A stretch of 64,000 nt of DNA from Desulfobulbales bacterium (lineage in GTDB: Bacteria; Desulfobacterota; Desulfobulbia; Desulfobulbales; Desulfocapsaceae): NCBI GenBank assembly GCA_038204235.1, contig JBBRDD010000002.1:4583-68582 (forward strand). The letters run 5' to 3'. Made by a program: the position numbers and the translations under genes. Under the pieces are notes generated by a model, which was not told the origin of the DNA, made no database searches, and saw only the letters and a list, made by a program, of their open reading frames with translations. This document shows positions 1 through 9,956 of this stretch, piece after piece (the stretch's first letter is position 1; each line of letters starts with the position of its first letter).

Positions 1-291
1 AAAATCAACCTTTGTATCATGGTAATGAACGATAGACAGGAAAACCTGCTGTCCGTTGTCGGCAGTATATGCTCGGTGCATAATTGCTCTTGTTTCCAAT
101 ATTTCATAGACCATTTCCTGTAACGGATAATCCTGGCCTATCCATTTGCCTATCTGCAGAGGAATTTTCTGCAAACCGGAGAATTCTGCTTTTTCGTCCA
201 GTGATGCATCATACTGTAAACTATTAACTACGACGACAGTTACCACCAGCATGAAGATGACTATTAAATATCGAAATTTCAGTTTCTCCAT
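1..291 (-). CDS. epsI: EpsI-family exosortase-associated protein, 5' part (runs off window edge)
   Basis: Hand translation from ATG at 291: MEKLKFRYLIVIFMLVVTVVVVN...IPLQIGKWIGQDYPL...LETRAIMHRAYT...VFLSIVHYHDTKVDF. N-terminal TM anchor and the P-x-x-IGxWxG motif. Overlaps the exosortase stop. Confidence 0.8.
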   Translation of the reverse strand, partial: MEKLKFRYLIVIFMLVVTVVVVNSLQYDASLDEKAEFSGLQKIPLQIGKWIGQDYPLQEMVYEILETRAIMHRAYTADNGQQVFLSIVHYHDTKVDF

Positions 292-1136
292 TCAAGCACC
301 TTCGCAGATACAAGCAATAACAAAAAACCCATGACAAAAACCAACAGACCCGATCCGGTATGGACGAAAGTACCGGGAGCAGCAGCTTCCAACCCGTAAT
401 AGTGCGAAACGAGAATGAGAATTGGTATGCGGATAAAATTGGACAGCAAGGAAATAGGAACAGTAAGAAAAAAAAGAAACCATTTCTTCCCTGTACTAAC
501 AGGTGTTATATAGGCAAAAACAGAACCCAGTGCCAAGAAAGCAATAAGTGAACGGAGACCAGAACATGGGTTTCCCACTAAAAGTAGCCCATTTGGTATA
601 AAAATATTAAACCCTTCACCATGAATCGGTATACCGAGCAAACTTACAACCCATACTCCCGCTTTGGCGGCAAATATTTTAAGCGGGAACGATACGAGAC
701 TTATCACAGCTTCGGGCAAGGGCAACATGAAGACAAGATAAACAAGAGGAAACCAAATTACTTTTGTGACATCGACGCCGTAGAGAAAGAGTGATAGGCC
801 AACAAAAAGCAAAAATAGAGAAAAACCGGAAATAGAAAAAATATAAAGGACAGTGCCAAGAATGTGCACAAGCAAGGCTAGCAGCAGAACGATCAAGCCT
901 GCCATACTTTTGCTTTGTGGAGTTTGACGTAATATTTTTTTTTGCTGGTAGATGAAAAAAAGAGAAACAACAGGCACGATAAAACCATGTGAATAGTATG
1001 AATCCGCACCTATGTAACGCTGATACATCCATAGAAATGTGATTTTATATGCGAATGCGACCAGTGCCCCAATTACTACCAGATAGAAAATGTTAACAAT
1101 TGGATAATTTCTGCGTTCTTTTTCCATTATACACAT
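279..1136 (-). CDS. xrt: Exosortase (EpsH family)
   Basis: Multi-TM protein with YSHGFIVP, catalytic PCSGLRS, NFIRI and HTGSG motifs (Cys/Arg/His). Confidence 0.93.
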   Translation of the reverse strand: MCIMEKERRNYPIVNIFYLVVIGALVAFAYKITFLWMYQRYIGADSYYSHGFIVPVVSLFFIYQQKKILRQTPQSKSMAGLIVLLLALLVHILGTVLYIFSISGFSLFLLFVGLSLFLYGVDVTKVIWFPLVYLVFMLPLPEAVISLVSFPLKIFAAKAGVWVVSLLGIPIHGEGFNIFIPNGLLLVGNPCSGLRSLIAFLALGSVFAYITPVSTGKKWFLFFLTVPISLLSNFIRIPILILVSHYYGLEAAAPGTFVHTGSGLLVFVMGFLLLLVSAKVLEWRN

Positions 1137-1377
1137 TGAACAAACTCTTTTTCGTAATCGGATCTTTGACCTGAAATATAAAAGAAGTCCTAATCCCCAA
1201 AGCTATGTGTCGATGATTTTTACTTTCTTATCACAGATCAATTATTTCAATCTTGTCCCATCACCGTTTGGGTAATGTTCCAGGCCCTGACTAAAATCAG
1301 CTTCACCCATCTGCTCAATCTTCTGAACTTTTTTTACCAGTAATGATTCTGATGATCGAGATAATCTATCCATATTG

Positions 1378-2538
1378 TTACATATGTATCGGTGTCTTGC
1401 TTTTTTCATGAAACAAACGGAGATACACCTTTTCATACTCTTTAACCATTTTCGCGATACTGAAATGCTCTCTGACTTTTACTGCAGCATTCTTACTATA
1501 TTCTTTTGATCTTTCCTTGTCTTGCAAAAGACTCAGCATATTGCCCGCTAGCTCATCTATCTGTCGGGGAGAAACAAGAACCCCATGTATGTTTTCATTT
1601 ATGAGGGAAGTGTTCCCACCTACCTTTGTCGCAATTGCAGCGACACCAGATGACATAGCTTCGAGAAGTGCAACAGAGGTGCCCTCAGATAATGACGATA
1701 GCACAAAAATATCGAACATATTCAGCAAAAGATGTGTATCACTTCTATTGCCGGTGATTATGACACTGCCACCTAGCTTTAATTCACTAATTTTGTTTTC
1801 CAATATAACCTTCATTGGCCCATCACCCACAAGAACCAGCACCGATTCCGGTATTGTTCGATGGACTATTTCAAAGGCCTCAATCAAACTGACCTGGTCT
1901 TTAACTTCAGCCAATCGCCCGACAGTTCCGATAACTTTATCCTGAGGTGTGATTCCAAATTCATCCATCAACTCTAAAGGTTTACTTCGATATATAAATT
2001 GGTCTGTATTGATGCCATTAATGATTGTGTGAATTTTTTTCTCGGAGAGCCTAATCTTTTCAACTAAATAATTTTCCAGTTCTCGTGAAACAGCAATGAT
2101 TTGGTCTACAAAAAAGCCGGAAAAGCGATCCATCAAAACATCTATTTTCGATTCAACCAAAGGACGACCGTGATCAGTATAGATCATTACCGGAGTACGT
2201 GCCAAGATCCCCGATTGGGTTCCGAGAAAAAAGGTGCCACTATGCATGTGCAGGATATGAATATTCTTTTTTATCAAAAGTGCCCGAAACTTCAAAGGGT
2301 AAACATAGTCATAATGATGTTCATTTCTCTTTAAGAGCGTAACATTAATATTGTTAGATTTGAGTTTTTCTGCAAATTCACCAAACCTGTCGAAACAACA
2401 TACTTCGACATTAAATATTTTCTTGTCAATAGCCAACGCACTCTCAGTGACGATACGTTCCAAGCCGCCCACCTCGAGACTTAAAACTGCGTGCATTATA
2501 TTAATTTTGGAATTATTCAACATGAATCCAATATACAA
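1378..2538 (-). CDS. GT4 glycosyltransferase
   Basis: GGLER, YTDHG, IINGI, GTVGRL and EGTSVALLEAM motifs. Confidence 0.92.
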   Translation of the reverse strand: MYIGFMLNNSKINIMHAVLSLEVGGLERIVTESALAIDKKIFNVEVCCFDRFGEFAEKLKSNNINVTLLKRNEHHYDYVYPLKFRALLIKKNIHILHMHSGTFFLGTQSGILARTPVMIYTDHGRPLVESKIDVLMDRFSGFFVDQIIAVSRELENYLVEKIRLSEKKIHTIINGINTDQFIYRSKPLELMDEFGITPQDKVIGTVGRLAEVKDQVSLIEAFEIVHRTIPESVLVLVGDGPMKVILENKISELKLGGSVIITGNRSDTHLLLNMFDIFVLSSLSEGTSVALLEAMSSGVAAIATKVGGNTSLINENIHGVLVSPRQIDELAGNMLSLLQDKERSKEYSKNAAVKVREHFSIAKMVKEYEKVYLRLFHEKSKTPIHM

Positions 2539-2551
2539 TTTTTTTAGACTA

Positions 2552-3760
2552 TCAATGCTTTGAAATATGCCTTTTGGTCCTTACCCATTTATTTTCCCGA
2601 TACAAACCAGTAAAGCTAATAACATCAATAACCATCTTCCATAATAAAAAAACGGGTGCAAGTACAATTGCCTTGATACTTTGTATTATATCTCCACTTA
2701 GAATAACGCCTAAAACCAACAGAAGAAACTGTCCAAATAATATTATCAAGGAGAACAAAAGTAAAACAGAGTGAAAATAGAGAGTATTAATAAAAAACAC
2801 AGCCAGTAATAATAAAATGGAGAGATTGACTAAGAGTGAATAATTAGGGAGTAGTAAAGGTAAAGAGCCATCAATTAATTTCCAATCGGTATTGCGAATT
2901 CCTTTTTGCAGTAATCGAAGACCTAATTTTTTTGAAATTTGAAACTTTCCGCTCGACCAACGCAATCTTTGACTGGTCGCTTGATGAAGCGACTTTGATT
3001 CTTGATGGAAAACTTTTGCATCCACAGCGAAGGCAATTCTCACATCCTCCTCCAAAAGTTGTGCATAGTACTCCCAATCTTCACCAATAGAAAAAGCAGT
3101 CCAACCTTTTCTTTTGATAAGCGCTGAGGTAAAGCAGATCCCATTTCCCATCAAATATGATGATAAGCCTAATTTGTATTTGGCGTGATGGTATAACAGA
3201 TTATTGATTGTCCTGGAAATGAAAAGAAGCCTGGTAAACCAGCTATCAGAGCGGTTCCCCACAGAATTACAGCACTGTATGGCTTGCTCACCATCATTTA
3301 TTAATCGGTTTAATTCTACCAAGAGATTGCTGTCAACGTAATTATCCGCATCAACAATTAATATTGCCTCATAATCATCCAGGGATATCTGACTTAATGC
3401 CCAGTTGATGGCCTGTCCTTTACCACTATTCGCCTCATCGGTCCTCACCAGAACTTTGCATGGATAGCTACCACAAACTTCAGCTGTACGGTCTGTGCAA
3501 TTATCAGCAATAATATAGATAGCAAATAATGAATCGTGATAGTTGAGTTGAGACAGGCTCTTGCATAAATCGGCAATCAGCATTTCTTCGTTGTGCGCAG
3601 GTACAATAATAGCAAATTTATTGAGATTTTTATTGGTTGAAATAGATTTTTTTTTGCCAAAAAAATAGGAGAATGCAAAAAATAAATAGTAGTACGTTGT
3701 AAACAATAAATACAACAACACAAATGCTAAAAAAGCACATATCAACAGGTTTATAACCAT
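2552..3760 (-). CDS. GT2 membrane glycosyltransferase (CesA/IcaA-like processive motifs)
   Basis: VPAHNEE, ADNCTD, GKG, DAD, GED and QRLRW motifs, flanked by TM helices. Confidence 0.9.
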   Translation of the reverse strand: MVINLLICAFLAFVLLYLLFTTYYYLFFAFSYFFGKKKSISTNKNLNKFAIIVPAHNEEMLIADLCKSLSQLNYHDSLFAIYIIADNCTDRTAEVCGSYPCKVLVRTDEANSGKGQAINWALSQISLDDYEAILIVDADNYVDSNLLVELNRLINDGEQAIQCCNSVGNRSDSWFTRLLFISRTINNLLYHHAKYKLGLSSYLMGNGICFTSALIKRKGWTAFSIGEDWEYYAQLLEEDVRIAFAVDAKVFHQESKSLHQATSQRLRWSSGKFQISKKLGLRLLQKGIRNTDWKLIDGSLPLLLPNYSLLVNLSILLLLAVFFINTLYFHSVLLLFSLIILFGQFLLLVLGVILSGDIIQSIKAIVLAPVFLLWKMVIDVISFTGLYRENKWVRTKRHISKH

Positions 3761-3788
3761 TAAAACCGCCTCTGAAAGAGAGTTTATA

Positions 3789-4961
3789 TTACAGGGAGGG
3801 TATCTGTATCCGACTCAGGGTTATTGCGTATTCTGCTTCGGTTTTTGCTGCCCAATTTCTAATATTATAATTTTGTTCGATTTTCAATTTTCCATTTAAT
3901 GAAATTGAATTTTTTATAATTGTATTGCTGCCAAGTTCATTGACAGCATCTCGTATTTCCATAGGTTTCCCCGGGGTAACGAGTATACCATCGATTCCTG
4001 ATTCGATTATCTTAGGAACACCACCAACGGCTGTTGCAATACATGGAACTCCATGGGCCATTGATTCGAGAAGAACCAGAGGAGTCCCTTCCGTCAGTGA
4101 AGGTAAAACAAAAATATCTATTGCGGCCAACCATTCGCTAATATTTTTCTGAAATCCCGTAAAGATAACTCTTGATGACAAACCTCTGTCAGCCACCATT
4201 TTCTTCAATTCTTCTTCCTGCCCCCCTTCTCCGATCACAACCAGCTTAAATAAATTATCAAGCATAGTTATTGATTCAAGAAGATACAATATGCCCTTTT
4301 CGCTGCTCAGTCTGCCAATATATCCTATGAGCAACTCCTGTGGTTCAATTTTAATATCATTTCTCAATTTATTTCTTATTTCGGTAAGATTATCATCAGA
4401 TATTTTTAAAGCAGGCGAGTTTTCAATAACAGTTATTTTAGCCTTATTGATTCCTTTAGTTATCAAATCTGATTTCAATTGTTCAGATACAGAAATTATT
4501 CCGTTAAAATACTTCAAACAATAGCAGTCGAGAGTATTGTAAACGTACAATTTTTTGCCTTCATAAATAAATCCGTGACAGGTCGATATTATTGGAATCG
4601 TGCAAATCTTTGAAACAAAGATGCCCATTAAATCTGCGATATATCCATGGGTGTGAATGAGATCATAAGATTTATTACGGATGAGCTGCAGGAGCATTAA
4701 AAAACATCTTGGTATTCGAAATAAATCAAATCTGTCTGATTTCGAAATCGGAATTATAAAATACTTAAGGCCCAATTCTTTCAGTTCTGATTCAAAATAA
4801 TTCTCACGTTCCCATGGACGTAAAAAAAGAATTGGTTCGATGGTAAACTGGCTGGTATCGAAATTTTTCAGAAAGTTAAGACTCACTCTTTCAGCACCAC
4901 CAAAACTAATTGGCGTCAAAACATAAGCTATTTTAGTTTTTTTTTTCGATTCGCTGGACAT
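3789..4961 (-). CDS. GT4 glycosyltransferase
   Basis: GGAER, HTHGY, IGRLSSEKG and EGTPLVLLESM motifs. Likely start is MSSESKK at 4961, just after the upstream stop. Confidence 0.92.
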   Translation of the reverse strand: MSSESKKKTKIAYVLTPISFGGAERVSLNFLKNFDTSQFTIEPILFLRPWERENYFESELKELGLKYFIIPISKSDRFDLFRIPRCFLMLLQLIRNKSYDLIHTHGYIADLMGIFVSKICTIPIISTCHGFIYEGKKLYVYNTLDCYCLKYFNGIISVSEQLKSDLITKGINKAKITVIENSPALKISDDNLTEIRNKLRNDIKIEPQELLIGYIGRLSSEKGILYLLESITMLDNLFKLVVIGEGGQEEELKKMVADRGLSSRVIFTGFQKNISEWLAAIDIFVLPSLTEGTPLVLLESMAHGVPCIATAVGGVPKIIESGIDGILVTPGKPMEIRDAVNELGSNTIIKNSISLNGKLKIEQNYNIRNWAAKTEAEYAITLSRIQIPSL

Positions 4962-4962
4962 A

Positions 4963-6159
4963 TTATTCCCAAATTCCTTCAAGTGAACCGTGCGGCACCG
5001 GCTTAACAGATCTGTTTTTCAATACTCTTAAAATAGCATCGATATACCAGGTAAAGAAAGGCAGTGGGTCATTCAGGCTGAAATCATCTTTAAGAATTAG
5101 ATTCTTCCCCGGGAAAAAGAATTCCTTCAAAAACTCTATCTTGTGAGATGACTTTTTCAGAAGTGGAAAGAAAACACGTTGATCTCCGCCAAGCCACCGT
5201 GTCATGACATTTTTTTTGAATCCATTAACTGGTGCTACATCTCCATCAAGTGCGATCTTGTAATACAAATAGGGAAAATCAACACCAGCGGCTATCCCTT
5301 GCGCAAGCGACCCCCAAAATCTGGGGTTTATATCGATCAGATAGGGCATCCCCGTTGCCTTCTCGATAATAAAATCAGCCTGACAGATCCCGTGCCACCT
5401 GCTATGCTCAAGAAACAGCTGAAGGGCCGACTCCGTTCGGGGGGAGTCGATACTGATGCGCAATGTTGCCTGGCCATTTACAAGAGGATATTCCCGCAAC
5501 TGTTTATAGGCAACTTTGGCCCGTAGCTCCCCATTGCTGAAGATCATCGCAACACAATGCGTTTCACCTTCGATTTTTTTCTGTAGAAAGAAACGGTCCC
5601 AGGGCTGGCCGCAATAGCTCTCCTGACAGAGATGCTGCTCCAGCTCCCTTTGATTGCCGACCAGAGTCATCCCCCACCCTCCCCCTCCCTGCTTCGGTTT
5701 GATAAAGAGCGGATAAGGCAATTCCATTGTTAAACGGGATGACTTCCGAATCTCTTCCGGATCGTAAGTATCCGGCACGCAGATGTTCAGTTCCCGTGCG
5801 ACGCTCTCCCATCTATTTTTGTTATGTGCCAGCAGGATCTGGTCGTATTCGGGTATCGCCAAGCCAACAATATTTAAAAATTTTTCTTTATGCTTAGCGA
5901 TCAGAAAGGTTTCTTCATGTGTCGGAATTAATACCTTTGCCTTGAAGCGCGCAATATTTTCCAGGATGCAGTCAATGAACCTCTCGTTATCGACACTAAA
6001 TGGTGATGGATACAAAAAGTGCCCTTTTGAATACCTTGAGGTGAAGGACATTGAGATAGGTGCGAAGTCGGAACTGATGACCTTTATTCCTTTTTGGCCC
6101 AGGTTTTTCACCACATTATATGCGACCCTGCTCTTGGCATTTGTTACAATTGCCGTCAT
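4963..6159 (-). CDS. ATP-grasp carboxylate-amine ligase-like protein
   Basis: SRYS, YPSP, IKPKQGGGGWG, LQKKIEG and DINPRFWGS motifs. Likely start is MTAIVTNA at 6159. Confidence 0.85.
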   Translation of the reverse strand: MTAIVTNAKSRVAYNVVKNLGQKGIKVISSDFAPISMSFTSRYSKGHFLYPSPFSVDNERFIDCILENIARFKAKVLIPTHEETFLIAKHKEKFLNIVGLAIPEYDQILLAHNKNRWESVARELNICVPDTYDPEEIRKSSRLTMELPYPLFIKPKQGGGGWGMTLVGNQRELEQHLCQESYCGQPWDRFFLQKKIEGETHCVAMIFSNGELRAKVAYKQLREYPLVNGQATLRISIDSPRTESALQLFLEHSRWHGICQADFIIEKATGMPYLIDINPRFWGSLAQGIAAGVDFPYLYYKIALDGDVAPVNGFKKNVMTRWLGGDQRVFFPLLKKSSHKIEFLKEFFFPGKNLILKDDFSLNDPLPFFTWYIDAILRVLKNRSVKPVPHGSLEGIWE

Positions 6160-6163
6160 ATGA

Positions 6164-7609
6164 TCAGAGCTCCGGGGAGTGCGAAGATGATTTCGATTCA
6201 TTCATGACACAGTCCAAGGCCACCAGGTGTTCAAAAGTTTCTCCCTTCCTCAAGACAGTGACCGCATTGTTAACAATCATTACGATTGGAGGCCTTTGGA
6301 AAGCAAAGTTCGAAGAATATGACGAAAAATAAGCGCCGGCATCCATTACTGCAATGATGTCACTGCTATTCAACTCCGGGAGCAGGCGATTTTTCATCAA
6401 CCAGTCCGCCGATGTACAGACCCTGCCCATTATCTGATACAGTTTATTTGGTTGATCCGCCGGACGATTGGCCAAAAACATTTCGTGATATTCGAAATCA
6501 CAAGGGAAAGTGGTAGAAAGTCGACCGGTGTCGGTAATAACAAATTCAGTTCCATCGCTTTTTTTCTTGATTGCATTTATTTTAGTCAGGAGCATTTGTG
6601 CACTGCTGGTGAGCAATCTTCCCGGTTCAATAATAATCTTTGGTCGACCATAGCCAAGCCTGTTACACAGAGTCTTTATAGACGCATTGATATCTTTGAT
6701 ACTCTCAGAAAAAGGCTGGTACTCAGACAACGCAGGCGACCGGGGCAGACATCCAAACATTCGGTAGATAGCATACTCACTCGGAGACATGTTTTTGGTC
6801 GTTTGGACACCGAAACCACCGCCAATATCGAGCCAGGGGATATAATGACCGGTGGTGCATTGCACTTGATGCATAAATTCAATCGCCTTTTGGGCATAGA
6901 ATATATGCGTTTGACCGTTTTTCGCGTTGCTGGTTACATTAAAATGGATGCAGTGCAGATCAAGGTAATCTGACAGACCAATGATTTCTTTACACACCTC
7001 CATCGCCGCACCGCTCGCGAGATCGACGCCGAACTGAGATTTCTGCACCAGCCCCAGTCTCACACCTACTTTGACTTTTTTCTTCTTTTCCCGTGCTATG
7101 CGATAAATCCGCTCTACCTCATTTATGTCGTCGACATTAATGGAAAAGATATTCATATCAACGGCCATCCTCAGGCTATCATCGGTCTTATTAACGCCGT
7201 TGAAAACGATGGTGTTGTTTGGGACATTCAATCTTCCGGCAACCCACAACTCGTAGTGGGAAATAACTTCGGCCCCAATTCCCCTATCGTGCATTACTTT
7301 CAGTATCCCGGGAATACAGTTAGTTTTGTAGGAGTATAACAACATGGTCTCGATATCCAGTTTTTCCAGGGCCAATTGCGTCCTGTTAATATCATTGACC
7401 AGCCGGGCATGATTGACGACGAAGAGAGGAGAGCCGTATTCCTTAATGAGCTCCACAAAATCCTGATCGTCGACGGCCATATGTCTGGATCGGTTTTGCT
7501 GCAGATCCCATAATCCAATATCCCGAAGTTCGTTATTGGTTTGCTGCTTTATTGAGTTAGCGAGGAGGGGTTTGAAAAACCAATATTTTATAAGATCGAT
7601 TAAAGCCAT
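6164..7609 (-). CDS. PLP-dependent diaminopimelate/ornithine decarboxylase-family protein (fold type III)
   Basis: YGSPLF, YSYKTN (PLP Lys), DIGGGFG, IEPGR and MDAGAY motifs. It differs from housekeeping LysA at HFNVTSN. Confidence 0.85.
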   Translation of the reverse strand: MALIDLIKYWFFKPLLANSIKQQTNNELRDIGLWDLQQNRSRHMAVDDQDFVELIKEYGSPLFVVNHARLVNDINRTQLALEKLDIETMLLYSYKTNCIPGILKVMHDRGIGAEVISHYELWVAGRLNVPNNTIVFNGVNKTDDSLRMAVDMNIFSINVDDINEVERIYRIAREKKKKVKVGVRLGLVQKSQFGVDLASGAAMEVCKEIIGLSDYLDLHCIHFNVTSNAKNGQTHIFYAQKAIEFMHQVQCTTGHYIPWLDIGGGFGVQTTKNMSPSEYAIYRMFGCLPRSPALSEYQPFSESIKDINASIKTLCNRLGYGRPKIIIEPGRLLTSSAQMLLTKINAIKKKSDGTEFVITDTGRLSTTFPCDFEYHEMFLANRPADQPNKLYQIMGRVCTSADWLMKNRLLPELNSSDIIAVMDAGAYFSSYSSNFAFQRPPIVMIVNNAVTVLRKGETFEHLVALDCVMNESKSSSHSPEL

Positions 7610-7635
7610 AATGCAAGATTTCCGTATACCCGATT

Positions 7636-8880
7636 TCAGGCGATTTTTTCCACTGCTTCAGACTCTTTATCAAACATATTTTGCAGAACCGCAGTCAATA
7701 TTATATAGAAAGCCCAGTAAATTGAATAAGCCTGGCTCAAAAACATAGCACAGATAAAAAGTCCAATGAACCCGGCACGGGTCATCTCGGAGACCTTGAT
7801 CAATTCCTTGGATCGGGATTTTCTTTTGATCTGTCCGGTTATCCTGAAAACATTTAAACTCATCAAACAAAAGACAATTAATCCTAATATCCCGGTCTCA
7901 GCACCGATCTGAACCAGACTGTTATGGGCTGTCTGCCATCTCGCAACAACACCACGTTCTTGTCTGTCTCTGCCAAGACCTTCGCTGAACCGGTTCATCC
8001 CAATGCCGGTTAGCGGGTGTGACAAGAACATTCTCAGCCCCGACTGCCATATCGCCAGTCGTCCCTGTTCTCCAGTTACATTATAATCGGTCTCTATTTC
8101 AGTAATAGTTTTATAACGATCAGTATCTATGGTGAATAACTGCAATGTTATTATTGCTAACAAGACCAGAGCTATCTTTATTATAAAAGGTATTTTAATT
8201 GTAACTGTTTTGAAGATAAATAAATAAGCGAACATAGTTACACAAGCTATTAATCCTCCACGTGATCCGGTTTTCAGTATTACGACTAAGCAAAGAAGAA
8301 TATTAAGAAAAACAAGAATTCTTTGATACTTTTTGTTATCTTTTCCCAGGAACAAGAAATTAAAAGTGATGAAACTGATCACAAAAAATACGATATCGTT
8401 TGAATCGAACATATTGCCGAAAGAAATTCGGTCCTCATAAACATTGCCATATTTCAGGATAAAAAGGGCGTATATAGAAACGCCTAAACAATAGGCAAAC
8501 AAGAGACTGCGAAGTCTCGAGGCAGTATCGACAAGCTGATAAAAGAGGAGAAAAAACATCGTAGTAATACTGGCATAATAGAACACATCCTTCAAGGATG
8601 CACTTCTATAATATGAAAACGGCACGCTTATTAATAATGCCAGGATCAAATATCGGTAAAGCCTGAATTGTTTATTTCTGGAAATCTTCTCTCCGTTTTT
8701 TGTGCTGAAGATATACAGCAGCAAGGTCGGTATACCCAATGTCAAGATAGGTCTCAAAATCGCAAGGGATGTGAAATAATCTTGAGGACGACATAAGACA
8801 AAGAAAGTCCAGACACAGAACATACTGTAAAGAAGACTAGATTTGCCTCGCTCGTTAATTCTCTCTTCAGTTATCATCAT
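7636..8880 (-). CDS. O-antigen ligase/Wzy-like membrane protein
   Basis: About 11 TM segments, with RPQDY, TGSRGG, R-x-x-IW, PLTGIG and AHNSLVQIGAETG motifs. Confidence 0.88.
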   Translation of the reverse strand: MMITEERINERGKSSLLYSMFCVWTFFVLCRPQDYFTSLAILRPILTLGIPTLLLYIFSTKNGEKISRNKQFRLYRYLILALLISVPFSYYRSASLKDVFYYASITTMFFLLFYQLVDTASRLRSLLFAYCLGVSIYALFILKYGNVYEDRISFGNMFDSNDIVFFVISFITFNFLFLGKDNKKYQRILVFLNILLCLVVILKTGSRGGLIACVTMFAYLFIFKTVTIKIPFIIKIALVLLAIITLQLFTIDTDRYKTITEIETDYNVTGEQGRLAIWQSGLRMFLSHPLTGIGMNRFSEGLGRDRQERGVVARWQTAHNSLVQIGAETGILGLIVFCLMSLNVFRITGQIKRKSRSKELIKVSEMTRAGFIGLFICAMFLSQAYSIYWAFYIILTAVLQNMFDKESEAVEKIA

Positions 8881-9335
8881 TTCTGCAATATGTCTTATGT
8901 TCTCAGGATGTTGATCATTATCGGTCGTACTATTTCAGCATTACTCTATATGAATATTATTGGCGAATATTTTCATGAATTTCTATTTCAGATCTATTCT
9001 GGAAAAAAATTTCCCAGTAGTTGGTCGATCAGATGAGTAATATCCAACAAATAAAATCTGCTCGGATCGTCATTGACCAACTTGAGGATTTTGTACCAAA
9101 TGTGGCATATCTTCTTCAGAGAATTTTCCGGATTTACAATGCAAAAGGGAATAATCCGAAGGTAGTACTTCTGAGAAAGCGTCCCTGCCAGGAATGAAAA
9201 AGTATCAGTGGTGCCTGTGTTCTGAACCTTAAACTTCCAGTCTTTCTTCCACTTAAAGATACGTTACCATACTTTGTCATTCAGCCACCGACAGTATTCA
9301 GTATAAATATGGGTGTCAGTTGACTGCTTCTCAAT

Positions 9336-9956
9336 TTAGTACGGGGGGGTTCGCGGTGTTCCTCCTTCGCCACGAAGCTCTGCCGAACGACCACCGGTAA
9401 CATAGGCATCCCTATTTTGGGTTGCTGATATCATCCTTTCGATCATTTCCGGGGATGGTGTTACGTTTTCGTAGGGGAAGGTCGTGCTCCCAACAATTTT
9501 CTTGCGGTGTCTCTCCAGGTATTCATCGAGAGAGCAAATTACCTTGGCAGGGCTTCCCGTACAAACGCTGTCGGCTGGCAGGGATCTGCTTACCACTGAA
9601 TTCGCCCCCACTAGAGTTCTGGCACCTATCTCGACGCCAGGAAGAATAACAGATCGCGCCCCAATGTGGCACGATTCATTAATCACCACTCGGCCAATGC
9701 GAGCTGCATCGAGAAATTCGTCAATCTGGGCATCGTGGGCCAGAATCATGCATTCTTCTCCAAATCCGCAATGATCTCCAATTGTAATGAGGAAGCAGTA
9801 GTCTGGATCCAACCATGTAGAGTCAGGAAGCCATACATCCGCTCCCAGTCGCATGCCCTGCGCTCTCAAGTGTTTCCAACGTCTTTCGCGGCGTATCGTG
9901 CCAATTTTCGCTCGCAGGCCACCGACGATATTGAGGGTAAAATCCAATAAACTCAT
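9336..9956 (-). CDS. Hexapeptide-repeat (LbH) acyltransferase
   Basis: ITIGDHC, ILAHDA, IGARSVILPGVEIG and GSPAKVI motifs. Confidence 0.88.
   Translation of the reverse strand: MSLLDFTLNIVGGLRAKIGTIRRERRWKHLRAQGMRLGADVWLPDSTWLDPDYCFLITIGDHCGFGEECMILAHDAQIDEFLDAARIGRVVINESCHIGARSVILPGVEIGARTLVGANSVVSRSLPADSVCTGSPAKVICSLDEYLERHRKKIVGSTTFPYENVTPSPEMIERMISATQNRDAYVTGGRSAELRGEGGTPRTPPY

Noticed and set aside
8890-9330. Possible decayed glycosyltransferase remnant in the spacer
   Set aside because: Only short stop-interrupted frames with no diagnostic motif; it cannot be supported without a tblastn/blastx search.
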